Below, piece after piece: positions 1 to 13,086 of a stretch of DNA of 64,000 nucleotides. Source of the DNA: Octopus sinensis (lineage: Eukaryota); the NCBI RefSeq assembly GCF_006345805.1, contig NC_043001.1, positions 6,696,001 through 6,760,000 on the forward strand. The letters are read 5' to 3'. Position 1 is the first letter of the stretch, and every line of letters starts with the position of its first letter. The notes under the pieces are model-generated. The model ran no database searches. It was not told where the DNA came from and was given only the letters and a program-made list of their open reading frames with translations. Both the position numbers and the translations under genes were made by a program.

Positions 1-485
1 CAATATGTTTTTATAGACAGTGAGACAATTAATGCTCTGCGTATACAATTTAAATGAACATAAATATAAGACTATGTCAGTTTTGACGTTGATCTCGTTT
101 ATTTAATAGGAATTTATCTTTTTCACACTGTGTTACTTGTCAAAACACGGCATTTAATTCTAATAATGTAAAAAATATTTAGTTTACTGTCATAGATTAT
201 ACTGAGAAGAGAGCTTAAGCCGAAATAAATTGAAGAAAATGCGGTGTAGATGTTAGTTCCAAAATCTGTATGGTTCACACATGGCATTGTAAAATATAGT
301 TTCCATATAAAATCGTGACAACTGAAGAGTTTAACCTATATCTGATTGAGGAGGTAAACTTAAACAAATTTATAAGGAATCCTTAAATGATCACCTGCTA
401 TCATAAGCTAAACCTTATTCTCAGGTGCAAGGTATATATTACGAAATTATGAACACGATGCATTGACGAATGCCTTATCCAATGT

Positions 486-871
486 GGAATGAAAGTACTC
501 CGTCGGTTACGACGATGAGGGTTCCGGTTGATCCGAATCAACGGAACAGCCTGCTCGTGAAATTAACGTGTAAGTGGCTCAGAACTCCACAGACACGTGT
601 ACCCTTAACGTAGTTCTCGGGGATATTCAGCGTGACACAGAGAGTGACAAGGCCGGCCCCTTGAAATACAGGTATAACAAACAGGAAGTAAAAGTGAGAG
701 AAAGTTGTGGTGAAAGAGTACAGCAGGGATCACCACCATCCCCTGCCGGAGCCTCGTAGAGCTTTAGGTGTTTTCGCTCAATAAACACTCACAACGCCCG
801 GTCTGGGAATCGAAACCGCGATCCTATGACCGCGAGTCCGCTGCCCTAACCACTGGTCTATTGCGCCTCCA
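486..871 (-). mobile_element. tRNA-derived SINE, family A, full length
   Basis: The minus strand starts GTGGAGGCGCAATAGACCAGTGG (A-box-like) and has GGTTTCGATTCCC (B-box-like). It is flanked by a 12-bp TSD, CTTATCCAATGT, at 474-485 and 872-883. A second copy lies at 21134-21519. Confidence 0.92.
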
Positions 872-964
872 CTTATCCAATGTAACTGTTGGATGTTGCT
901 CTCCGTTTCTTATCACAGCTCAAGAGAGAGCGAGGTGCAGTCTCTTTGAAAGACTGTAATGTTT

Positions 965-1560
965 CCATAAGGATTTGACAGGTAAAGAACTTTGCTTCTC
1001 AGCCGATTTGGCTTAGGTCCATCGGCGTGGCATTTTGAGTATTTGTTTCTTTATTACCAACAAAGGGCTAAACACTGAGGGGACAAACAAGGACAGACAA
1101 ACGAATTAAGTCGATTACATCGACCCCAGTGCGTAACTGGTACTTTATTTATCGACCCCGAAAGGATGAAAGGCAAAGTCGACCTCGGCAGAATTTGAAC
1201 TCAGAACGTAACGGCAGACGAAATACCTATTTCTTTATAACCCACAAGGGGCTAAACACAGAGGGGACAAACAAGGACAGACATAGGTATTAAGTCGATT
1301 ACATCGACCCCAGTGCGTAACTGGTACTTAATTAATCGACCCCGAAAGGATGAAAGGAAAAGTCGACCTCGGCGGAATTTGAACTCAGAACGTAATGGCA
1401 GACGTAATACCGCTTAGCATTTCGCCCGGCGTGCTAACGGTTCTGCCAGTTCGCCGCCTTAATGGCATTTTGAGTATTTGCTACTATAACCGCGGGTCGA
1501 TCAAAAACTTGTGAGTGGATTTTGCTGACGAAAACTGAAAACAAACACCTCGTATGTGTG
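965..1560 (+). mobile_element. Old, diverged family C SINE split by the family B insertion
   Basis: The flanks ...GGTCCATCGGCGTGGCATTTTGAGTATTTG | CTACTATAACCGCGGGTCGATCAAAAACTTGTGAGTGGATTTTGCTGACGAAAACTGAAA align by eye to the family C body. Confidence 0.6.
1046..1462 (-). mobile_element. tRNA-derived SINE, family B, dimeric body
   Basis: Head AAGGCGGCGAACTGGCAGAA followed by two ~180-bp body units containing GTCGACTTT(G/T)CCTTTCATCCTTTCGGGGTCGAT. An exact 18-bp TSD, TGGCATTTTGAGTATTTG, lies at 1028-1045 and 1463-1480. Confidence 0.93.
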
Positions 1561-1903
1561 TGTGTGTGTATGTGTGTGTGTGTGTGTGTGCGTGTGTGTG
1601 TGTGTGAGCTTGTGCATGTGTGTGTGTGCGTGTAAGAGAGAGTGTGTTTCTGGGCGAGGAGTACAAATATAATTGGCAATTCGCCGATTACTACGACGAG
1701 TGACACCGATAATGTGATCAACGAAACAGCCTTCTCCTGCAATTATTAACTTGCAAATAAGTGAACACTCCATGCACACACGTGTTCTTAACGGAGTCCT
1801 CAGGGAGGTTCAGCGTAACACAAGATGTGACATCGCTGGCACTTTGAATTAGCGCTGTCACTCCTTGTGCCAGATGAGTAGACTGGAATATCATTAAATA
1901 TAG

Positions 1904-2324
1904 TCCTTTCTACTATTGGCTCAAGGCCTGAAATTTTAGTGGACGGGGTCAGTACGACGCCAGTACGTAACTGGTACTTATTTTATCGACCCCTAAATGA
2001 TGAAAGGCAAAGTCGACCTTGGTGAAATTCGAACTCAGAATGTAGCGGTAGGAGAAATCACTGCTAAGCATTTTGTCCGGCGTACTAAAAATTCTTCCAG
2101 CTCCCCACTTTTTCTATACTCTAGGCACAAAGGCCGAAATTTTTGAGGTGGTGTCCACTCGATTAGATCGACTCTAGTACGCAACTGATACTTTTTTATC
2201 GACCCTAAAATGAAGGAAGACAAAGTCGGCCTCGGCGGAGTTTGAACTCAGGAGGTAGCAGCAGGCGAAATACTGCTAAGCATTCGTCCAGCGTGCTAAC
2301 GGTTCTGCCAGCTCAACGCCTTGC
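1904..2324 (-). mobile_element. Family B SINE, diverged dimer
   Basis: Family B head and body with a 14-bp TSD, ATCATTAAATATAG, at 1890-1903 and 2325-2338. Confidence 0.85.
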
Positions 2325-2726
2325 ATCATTAAATATAGCGTCTTACTCAAAGATAAAACGCGATGCCGGGTATACAAATCAGGCACTTACCATTGCGAGT
2401 TAAATACCCTGATCACAAATCCACGTTCCGTCATTCATGTGTGTGTGTGTGCGTGTAAGAGAGAGTGTGTTTCTGGGCGAGGAGTACAAATATAATTGGC
2501 AATTCGCCGATTACTACGACGAGTGACACCGATAATGTGATCAACGAAACAGCCTTCTCCTGCAATTATTAACTTGCAAATAAGTGAACACTCCATGCAC
2601 ACACGTGTTCTTAACGGAGTCCTCAGGGAGGTTCAGCGTAACACAAGATGTGACATCGCTGGCACTTTGAATTAGCGCTGTCACTCCTTGTGCCAGATGA
2701 GTAGACTGGAATATCATTAAATATAG

Positions 2727-3147
2727 TCCTTTCTACTATTGGCTCAAGGCCTGAAATTTTAGTGGACGGGGTCAGTACGACGCCAGTACGTAACTGGTAC
2801 TTATTTTATCGACCCCTAAATGATGAAAGGCAAAGTCGACCTTGGTGAAATTCGAACTCAGAATGTAGCGGTAGGAGAAATCACTGCTAAGCATTTTGTC
2901 CGGCGTACTAAAAATTCTTCCAGCTCCCCACTTTTTCTATACTCTAGGCACAAAGGCCGAAATTTTTGAGGTGGTGTCCACTCGATTAGATCGACTCTAG
3001 TACGCAACTGATACTTTTTTATCGACCCTAAAATGAAGGAAGACAAAGTCGGCCTCGGCGGAGTTTGAACTCAGGAGGTAGCAGCAGGCGAAATACTGCT
3101 AAGCATTCGTCCAGCGTGCTAACGGTTCTGCCAGCTCAACGCCTTGC
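2727..3147 (-). mobile_element. Family B SINE, duplicated copy of 1904-2324
   Basis: Identical sequence and TSD, shifted by 823 bp. Confidence 0.85.
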
Positions 3148-3261
3148 ATCATTAAATATAGCGTCTTACTCAAAGATAAAACGCGATGCCGGGTATACAA
3201 ATCAGGCACTTACCATTGCGAGTTAAATACCCTGATCACAAATCCACGTTCCGTCATTCAA

Positions 3262-3340
<79 letters not shown>

Positions 3341-4008
3341 ATATAATATATATATATATAACATACAACGCAGCTGCATATAACATATTTGGATGGTACA
3401 TGGCAGAAAATGTGACACATTTTTATCTTAGTCACAATGATTAATTGTTATAGAATTCTAAACAAGTAACAGATGACGTATGAAATATAAATGGCAACGT
3501 CGTTAATCGCAAAACTTAATTCATTTTGTTATTTATCCTCAATAATTTTAAATGCATAAAAACAGATTTTAGTTTTAGTGCTAATCTTCCTGACAAGAAT
3601 TAATTAATTTAGATCGATATCACAAAATCCGAATGCAGTAACTTTATGTATGTATGTATGTATGTATGTATGTATGTATGGTGAATGTAGTAAGGGTGGC
3701 ACGTGTGAATGACGGATCCACCTTGTGCATAATCCTATGAACAAGGAAAAAAGAGACAGTTGCTGTAACGTGTCTTTGTACGATATAATTGCCCGAAGTT
3801 ACCGTGGTCTTTTCCTTAGTCTTTTCTTTCCACGAATAAACCTAATCTATGATACACAATTCCTTTCGATCGGTGCTTCTTTTTTTTCTTTTTTACGATC
3901 CCTTTTGATCGAAATTATATTTTTCTCCTTTTTCTTTCGTCTATAGAAAAGCACTACATTGTATTTTGTCCCCTCTGTGTTCGGCTCTGTGTGGCTAATA
4001 AAGAAGCA

Positions 4009-4191
<183 letters not shown>

Positions 4192-5094
4192 ATGTCTATA
4201 TATAATGCGCGTTTTTAGATGGAATATTATTTGTAAGTTGAAAATATATAATTCTCTGCATAATATTATTAAAACTCGTGAAGATATGTAATAATTATTT
4301 ATAATTTCGTACGTACCCAAATACATAAACAAACACAGAAATTTGTATATTGATGGCGCAACAAGGCTACAAAATACAGGATCATTCAAGCTATCTCTCC
4401 TTCACAAGTGGAGCTGGCATTTATTTTCATACGGTTATAGTGATACCTCAAGAAATAATTTGATATGATTTTTCAGTGCACTGTGTGTGTATTTGGCAAT
4501 ATTACCCAAATACATGTCGCTGGCCAATCTAAGGTACGTTGATTATTTAATCGGGTGATGCGACAGTTGTGTCAGTGCCCCAGGGAGGATAACTTTGCTG
4601 AGGCACTGTGCTACGATGTGTTCTTGAACATTTTGCAGGAGCCGATTGTGAGCCAATTTTTGTTTTCCTCATCAGATTTCTTTAAGTGTAACATTTTTCG
4701 AGTAGTAATTAACTGTTAACTTTTAAAAAAAGACTGGATTAAGCATTTTGTACATCTAAATACACAATCAGTAACTTCATGCATGAAATAATTTTCTCAT
4801 CTCCATTAGAGCTGAAAGTTAATACTTGCAATGCTACAAAATTATTTATGATGTACAATTTTTTTTTATGTGTTTCTAACGTTTATTTAACAGCTTAAGG
4901 AGAAAAGTGCATTGCCTTAAATATTCAACAGCTTTATCTACAATTATGTGCCAAATGTAGTTTTGCTATGTATAGAAGAAATATATATTCGTTTAAAGAA
5001 TATATAGATATATCGTTAATAACAACTAACAAAAATAATAAATAAAACCCAATATAATATGTCCGTGTGAGTATGCATGAGTTCATTTGTGTAG

Positions 5095-5152
<58 letters not shown>

Positions 5153-5260
5153 TGACACAAATACACAAACACACACACATGCATATATATGTACTACATA
5201 TACACGTTCCTTATATAAATATTCGTATGCATGTATATATATATATATATATGTGTACGT

Positions 5261-5262
<2 letters not shown>

Positions 5263-5304
<42 letters not shown>

Positions 5305-5878
5305 GTGTGTGTTTGTGCATGCAGACACACTCACACACATGTATATGCATATACATATTGTATTCATATACCCGCCCCGCACACACATGCATTCGTCTTT
5401 TACTTTCTTTAGCGCAAATTTTGAAAATAAGCGTAAATTGGAAACGTAGGAGAGGCAGCTAGCACTATACCGATCTACAACAAAACAAGTTGCCCCTGAG
5501 ACACCACCAGAGATATAGCTGTCAATTAGTCTTTGCGAACAGCTCACCAGCTTTAATAATATGATGTATTACTGCAATGGAATATTCTGCTCAGCTGTCA
5601 GCACTGCCATAGACAAATAATTTATAACAGTGCAATCAATTTATGATGGGGCTTTAGACATTGCTTTCAACTCAGGTACATTAAAATTACTTCTTCAATA
5701 TTTGTGTGTATAGGCTCTGAACTTTTGTGTCTGATCATACAAAAACCTACGCTTCAAAATTCACCTGGCACACCTGTGCCAAGGTATTTCCATAGAATAG
5801 CACGTGCAAAGAAACACCTTTTTATATACATAACAATGCATCATAATATTCATATTTATATATAAATATGAGCCTGTG

Positions 5879-5940
<62 letters not shown>

Positions 5941-6514
5941 GTGTGTGTTTGTGCATGCAGACACACTCACACACATGTATATGCATATACATATTGTATT
6001 CATATACCCGCCCCGCACACACATGCATTCGTCTTTTACTTTCTTTAGCGCAAATTTTGAAAATAAGCGTAAATTGGAAACGTAGGAGAGGCAGCTAGCA
6101 CTATACCGATCTACAACAAAACAAGTTGCCCCTGAGACACCACCAGAGATATAGCTGTCAATTAGTCTTTGCGAACAGCTCACCAGCTTTAATAATATGA
6201 TGTATTACTGCAATGGAATATTCTGCTCAGCTGTCAGCACTGCCATAGACAAATAATTTATAACAGTGCAATCAATTTATGATGGGGCTTTAGACATTGC
6301 TTTCAACTCAGGTACATTAAAATTACTTCTTCAATATTTGTGTGTATAGGCTCTGAACTTTTGTGTCTGATCATACAAAAACCTACGCTTCAAAATTCAC
6401 CTGGCACACCTGTGCCAAGGTATTTCCATAGAATAGCACGTGCAAAGAAACACCTTTTTATATACATAACAATGCATCATAATATTCATATTTATATATA
6501 AATATGAGCCTGTG

Positions 6515-6576
<62 letters not shown>

Positions 6577-7180
6577 GTGTGTGTTTGTGCATGCAGACAC
6601 ACTCACACACATGTATATGCATATACATATTGTATTCATATACCCGCCCCGCACACACATGCATTCGTCTTTTACTTTCTTTAGCGCAAATTTTGAAAAT
6701 AAGCGTAAATTGGAAACGTAGGAGAGGCAGCTAGCACTATACCGATCTACAACAAAACAAGTTGCCCCTGAGACACCACCAGAGATATAGCTGTCAATTA
6801 GTCTTTGCGAACAGCTCACCAGCTTTAATAATATGATGTATTACTGCAATGGAATATTCTGCTCAGCTGTCAGCACTGCCATAGACAAATAATTTATAAC
6901 AGTGCAATCAATTATGATGGGGCTTTAGACATTGCTTTCAACTCAGGTACATTAAAATTACTTCTTCAATATTTGTGTGTATAGGCTCTGAACTTTTGTG
7001 TCTGATCATACAAAAACCTACGCTTCAAAATTCACCTGGCACACCTGTGCCAAGGTATTTCCATAGAATAGCACGTGCAAAGAAACACCTTTTTATATAC
7101 ATAACAATGCATCATAATATTCATATTTATATATAAATATGAGCCTGTGTGTGTGTGTGTGTGTGTGGTGTGTGTGTGTG
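5263..7180. repeat. Tandem triplication, 3 x ~636 bp
   Basis: GTAAGTGTGTGTTTGTGCATGCAG recurs at about 5301, 5937 and 6573. Units are joined in (GT)n, and the third copy has a 1-bp deletion (ATCAATTATG vs ATCAATTTATG). Confidence 0.95.
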
Positions 7181-7914
7181 AGTATGTTTATTTGTATGCG
7201 TCTGTGTGCGCGGGTGGTGGTTTATAAGTATAAGGGTATATTGGTGTGGCCCTATCCACAGTAGGTTCATTCAGACTTGCGTCTACGAGTATAATTGTGT
7301 GGGAGTGAGTTCATGTAGGAAACCAAATTTATTAATATTTTATAGATGAAAAATTCCCGTCGTTTCTGATTCCCCCAACCAGGAACTATTTCATGAAGGG
7401 AGGATGAGATGTCTGAACATCTCATATTAACGTATCTGAATGTATTCTCAGATGAAGTGACGTTATAAATCTTACTGATAGACTCACTATGGTAGATATA
7501 AGAAAATATTATAATAGAAAGAGCATATTTATTTCCACTATCATTCAGCATAAAGATATGTGCCACAATAATTTGGGCGCTTGTCCAATTGGAGTAATAC
7601 ACATATTAAGTAATGTTCGACAATGCACTAGTAACAGTGAAAAACGTTTATGTAACATGTAATTGAATTACTATTTTCTTCTGAAGATCAGACATTTGAG
7701 TCTCATTGTGCAACAATTCACGTAACTACTACCGTATAATTTGTAGCTTTCGCTAGCGAAACACTTGGACAGTATATATATACAATTGCAAATGTTTTCC
7801 ACTGAATAATATTGGCAATATTTTAGCAGTCTACTGAAATGAGGCCCTACTTTTAAATAAAGCATTTTCAAATATATTTCATGCATAATGGCCTAGATAC
7901 ACTATGCTCCCTTT

Positions 7915-8300
7915 GCAGCAGAAACCAGAGTAGACCTAGAGGAGTGTTGGAGACCGAGTGGTACGTCAATTTTCCCGTTCCGTGGTGGAAGATATCTCAT
8001 CGGATGCCTCATGCTGTGACACTCTTAGAGGCAATTTGGTGATGTCACCTACAAGCTAAGTATCAGTTGCTTGTCAGGATGAGAGAAAAATAATCTGTCA
8101 AGGTACCGGTCGCTCTCTGACAAGTTTATGGATGAGCATGAGGTGTTTGAGACCTAAGGTGTTCTTGGTTCCTGAGGCGATATCCCTGCTCACCGCTATC
8201 GGTGTAGAGATTGCTGTCCGCAAGTGTCAGCTCCATGACTAAGCATGGCTGTTCCAGCGCATCTCTCTTGCTATCATTCGGGGTAACCACCTTTCCATTT
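7915..8300 (+). mobile_element. Degenerate RLE endonuclease 3' end of a non-LTR retrotransposon, CRE-like
   Basis: Across frameshifts it reads RPSGTSIFPFRGGRYLI-DASCCDTL, then RYRSLSDKF..VFET*GVLG, then AWLFQRISLAIIRGN. These match the RPDG, WD.T..DT, E..G and WL.QR.S.A..RGN motifs of CRE/R2-type RLE domains. Confidence 0.75.
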
Positions 8301-8672
8301 TGTTTCATTGTGTCATGGGAAATGTTTCTATATTGTGAGAGTTAAGATTCTCCATATCTCAAAGTTGACTTAATTAACAATTAACAATAACCTCCATTAT
8401 TATCATCTGCCAATCACATTTTAATTCGATCTGAATCGTTCTCCATTATATACTGCGCAAAACACCTTTATGAATGGTCACGTTCATTTCATCCTGGTCT
8501 GTTCATGGAAGCAATATTCACTTTGCCGTTGTTTAATTAGAATTATATAAATTCGGTTTCTCATGGGATTAATCACATTGTATTTAATATGGATTCATAT
8601 ACATCTAACAAATTACAGGTAACAAATCTAAATAAACAGACAATGAATGAATCAATATATATATATGTATAC

Positions 8673-8718
<46 letters not shown>

Positions 8719-8721
<3 letters not shown>

Positions 8722-8874
8722 CGGTTCGGCATAAGAGACCGATAGAATAAGTACTAGGCTTACAAAGAATAAGTCCCGGGATCGATTTGCTCGACTAAAG
8801 GCGGTGCTCCATCATGGCCGCAGTCAAATGACTGAAACAAGTAAAAGATAAAAGATAAAGATAAAAGAAAGATA
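8719..8874 (+). mobile_element. Family C SINE 3' fragment
   Basis: TAGCGGTTCGGC...GGCGGTGCTCCATCATGGCCGCAGTCAAATGACTGAAACAAGTAAAAG, followed by an (AAAGAT)-like tail. Confidence 0.85.
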
Positions 8875-8959
8875 TGTTAGTTGTAACAGTATGACAACAA
8901 GAGAATGAATGAGACCTCGATAATATGTAAATAGAGGAATTTATCTGTAATATAATGTA

Positions 8960-9074
8960 TGACCATTATTCGGTTGCCATAATAAAACTCCGAGTTTCGG
9001 ATTCGGGGCGAGAGCAGATTTCCACCCCGACATCGTAAACTTGGAGTTTCATTATGGCAACCGAATAAATGTCA
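8960..9074. mobile_element. MITE-like fold-back with ~40-bp inverted arms
   Basis: TGACCATTATTCGGTTGCCATAATAAAACTCCGAGTTTC pairs with GTAAACTTGGAGTTTCATTATGGCAACCGAATAAATGTCA. An inner stem TCGGGG/CCCCGA is also present. Confidence 0.6.
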
Positions 9075-9084
9075 AATATTATAT

Positions 9085-9115
<31 letters not shown>

Positions 9116-10614
9116 GGGAGGGCGTATGTGTGTAGGATTTGAAACCGAATCTTCATTTTACTACAAGTTCATTTCCTGTCGTTCTCCACTTTTGAGATAA
9201 TAAATTTATGAGCGGTAGGCCGTAGTTTTTAAGTCAGATTTGGGTGAAGGCTGGTTATAGAGGAAAAATGCTTTCTCCAGTCAAAAATTGGTTCTGTTTC
9301 TTTGGTTATTTGTTGCCTAGCAGAAGAGCTTCTATTTCTCTTCTTTGAATTATAGCTTGCCATCGTCAGACAATTCAACCTCACCCCATATACTTGTCAG
9401 CCCTGAAGAGTAGATTCTTTCAATTTCTCTCTCTCTCTGTCTCTCTCTCTCTCTCTCTGTCTCTTTCTCTCTCACTGTCTCTGTCTGTGTCTGTCTGTCT
9501 GTCTCTCTCTCTCTCCTTCTTCCACCAATATTCTTGCAGTGAACAAAAATTAAATATCTAGGGTAGAAATAGGAAACTGGAACATGAGTTCTTGTAACCC
9601 AGTCAACCGACATGAAACTCAGGGAGAGTCGAAAAATGAGGGAGTTGGACAATATCCATACTCTCTGTTAATCATACTTGGAAATGCAGCAGAAAAGTTT
9701 TAAAATGTTTGCTTTTCATGTGACTTTGTAGGAGCTGTTCGCTGACTTCGTCCACGAAAGTCTCAAGAGGAGTAGTCGAAGAAATAGAATGGATTGACCT
9801 TTAAATAATAACAGTCACCATCTGAAATTTCGATTCTAAACTACAAAACGAAGAGAATGTGAATGTGATTATATATTAGTCTGCAATGCATTTGAGAAAT
9901 ATGATGTGAATGTTACATATTTCCCCACTTATTTGCAGAGTAATTCATCATCTACCAGCATTAAAGTTTTTAAGCAATAAAATATTTAGAAGCTTGCATT
10001 TTATATTTTTTGTTTTATAAGTTTGAAACTTTGCCTAAAATTTGATATAAAACCAATATACTGTATAATCTTTCAATACAGTCGAAAATGGCGCAGTTTC
10101 ATATCACATGGTCAGCATCATTCGTAGTTAAAATGCTTATATATCAAAACGAAATTTCAATCATAAGTAAATAGCTATAGCTTTTCAAATTTGCTGCCGG
10201 ATCGTCTAAACCTGGACGGGAAGGCCATCCATTTCAGAGTTAACTGCCCAACTATTTACGGTCCATTTACAATTGAATGCACTGAGTGAAATTAACATAA
10301 CGCATCATACCATCCAAGAATCAAATTGTTGATTGTTCTGTCATAAGTTTCGGTGCCCTCATCATGTTTGTCGGTGTTTCACTAATAGAATTTCCCTGTG
10401 TATATCACACACGTTCAAACACTAAACACTATTCAGTGATGTTGCTTGTTGCGAAGTAAAATGTCTGAAATATAGCAAATCCTGAACATCGAATGTGAAT
10501 AAACTTAAATTTCATTATGACATCAATGATATTCCTCGTACAGCCTGTGTAACAGAATAATTCCACAGATTACCCATATTTTGCTGCGAATCAGTTTTAG
10601 GCATTATGTTTATA

Positions 10615-11830
10615 ACTTTGATAGGTTTCGATAAGTATAGGCCCAGGCCATGTCTAACTTAATAGCACCACCCGGTGAAATCTTTCGGTCATATATGAGG
10701 CACAATAGCTCACTCTAGCAAATAGTTATTATTGTTGGAGACATATCCAGATGTAGAAGGTTGATCCGGGGTTTCTTGAAGAAATTTGTCCAGTGAACGT
10801 TTGAATTTTATGGAATCCGTTTCCGTTTTGACGTATTTTGTAATGGGTATTAAAGTGAGCTGGATCGGTTGAGGTAAAGTAATTGTGACGTAACGGTGCT
10901 ATGTGTACCGTGTTCGCTTTTTGTAGTGGGCGGATAGCACGGCGGCCAAATCTTGGATGGATTTTAAAATTGATGAAAACATCATTTGTTCAAAATTGAT
11001 GGAATATTTTTCACATAACACAAATGATGTAGCAACCCCGGCGGCGTTGGAGAGATTGGAAATTGTGTATTTCATTTGCAAGATTCTTGATGTAAACCCT
11101 TATCTTCAAGCGTTTTAGGTCTCGAGGGATGCATTACGCACTTGTTCGGCTTCACTTCTGCATTTTCTGTTTGTTACTTGGTGAGCTGCTTGACCAATGA
11201 AATAATCGATTCTGGGAATAATACCCCGGTGGACCTACCAATAAGGTTTATGAATGATCTTTCGTTGCTTTTTCGTGACCTCATCAACTACATATCTCCC
11301 TACGCTAGGTCTGCTTCAGGGCCTGAAGCAGTTCTTTTAATTATTAAGTTATTTGGATCTAACAGAAGTATAGCACAAATCTTAATAAAAATTCCGTTGC
11401 AATTTTAGTTTCAATGAAACGTTTTATGAATTATTTCGTTTTGGGGTTTGGTTAGCAAAATTCTTTATGTGAGTTTGTGTCTTGAAGCATATTCTGTTGT
11501 GTCTGGGGAGCGTCATTTTCTTTTTGTGCCTTATGATTTAACACACTCACCGGTAAAATTTCCACTTATTGCTTATTTTTATTTTCCTAAAATTTTTGTT
11601 GCGTCTTGCAACCATTTCAATAATCTTGACTCTGTCCCCTATTTACACTGCGTTCCTTGAGGAAATTAAAATGGCGATGCTAAACAGCATCATTAGAATT
11701 GCTAAATGCGTCTCGCCAGTCATAACAAAATATTTTCAGTACCGAATTATATTAATGTGTATTAAAGTAGGCTCATTCCACATAATTTGAAATTTGTTAG
11801 CATTACTTTGTTGCGGTTTTGAAGTGTTTA
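10615..11830 (-). mobile_element. 5'-truncated, degenerate LINE of the CR1/L2/Jockey group
   Basis: The minus strand gives fragments SLQRRR..YII, KIFHQ, IHPRFGRRAIRP and RHNYFTS. Its 3' end GGTGGTGCTATTAAGTTAGACATGGCCTGGGCC...GAAACCTATCAAAGT is shared with the copy at 37084-37763. Confidence 0.85.
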
Positions 11831-12102
11831 CTACAGAATAGGCTGTAGAAAATCGAGACCAAATTTCTTATTGCTGCAAGTATAACTGTGTGGTAAGACC
11901 TGTGTTTCGCTACGATACAGGACCGGGTTTAGTACAAAAGAGTAACAACTTGGCCAAGTATCTTCTACTGTAAATTAATGGTCGAATTAAGCCTTGTGCG
12001 TGGATTCTGTCGAAAGAAACTGAAAGGAAACCCTCCGAGTAGATATATATATATACATATATACACGCGTGCGCGAAGGCGTGTGTGTGTGATTGTCCTG
12101 TA

Positions 12103-12281
12103 TCACCTATTTCTTTACTACCCACAAAGGGCTAAACACAGAGAGGACAAACAAGGACAGACAAACGGATTAAGTTGATTACATCGACCTCGGCGGAATT
12201 TGAACTCAGAACGTAGCGTCAGACGAAATACCGCTAAGCATTACGCCCGGCATGCTAACGTTTCTGCCAGCTCGCCGCCTT
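12103..12281 (-). mobile_element. Family B SINE with an internal deletion
   Basis: Family B head and tail with an 11-bp TSD, ATTGTCCTGTA, at 12092-12102 and 12282-12292. Confidence 0.88.
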
Positions 12282-12850
12282 ATTGTCCTGTACCACCGTC
12301 CGAATAGCGATATTGGTGTGTTAGCGGTTCGGCAATTACCAGGCTCAAAATGTAGTAACTATTGGTGTCAGTTTCGAATGAAACTCAAGGCAGTGCTCCA
12401 TCTTGGCTGCATTCAGATAAACGAAAACTACCAAACACATATCTACTTACGTATATGATTAAAAAGTTTACGTGGCCAAATGTCAAAGGTGTTCGATTCA
12501 GGATCGTAAGATTAAGGTATTATTGCCAGACAGGGCGGTGCTTTACTTGCATTAGAGAAAGACTTCTGTTGGCATTGCTCCAGTCCACACCAGTTCATTA
12601 AAATATTGACCATGGGACAGAATGATCCATTTGAATCAACTGTTGTGACTCCGGTCACTTACACGCTACTGAAACCTAGCAGCGAGCACTAGGAGCCACA
12701 GAACTCGAGGCAATACTGTCCAGAGGTTGCAGCTTCTGCTGCTACTGCTGCTGCTGCTGCTACTGTTGTGTTTCTTGTTATTGTTGCTGCTGATGTTGTC
12801 ATTGCTATTGTTACAGTTGTTGTTGTTGCTGACGGTATAGATCGTGACAG

Positions 12851-13086
12851 GGCGGCGAGCCAGCAGAAACGTTAGCACGCCGGGCGAAATGTGTAGCCGT
12901 ATTTCGTCTGCCGTTACGTTCTGAGTTCAAATTCCGCTGAGGTCGACTTTACCTTCCATCCTTTCGGGGGTCGATAAATTAAGTACCAGTTACCGCACCG
13001 GGGTCGATATATTCGACTTAATCCGCTTGTCTGTCCTTGTTTCCCTCTCTGTGTTTAGCCCCTTTGTGGGCAGTAAAGAAATAGGT
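12851..13086 (+). mobile_element. Family B SINE, monomer
   Basis: Runs from GGCGGCGAGCCAGCAGAAACG through GAGTTCAAATTCC to GTAAAGAAATAGGT. Confidence 0.9.

Larger units (their letters stand above)
1615..3260. repeat. Tandem duplication, 2 x 823 bp, apparently identical
   Basis: The offset is a constant 823 (identical ORFs at 2035-2223 and 2858-3046). Both unit junctions lie at (TG)n runs. Confidence 0.95.

Noticed and set aside
486-871. SINE heads as functional tRNA genes
   Set aside because: They have A/B boxes but no closed acceptor stem, they continue into SINE bodies, and they are flanked by TSDs.
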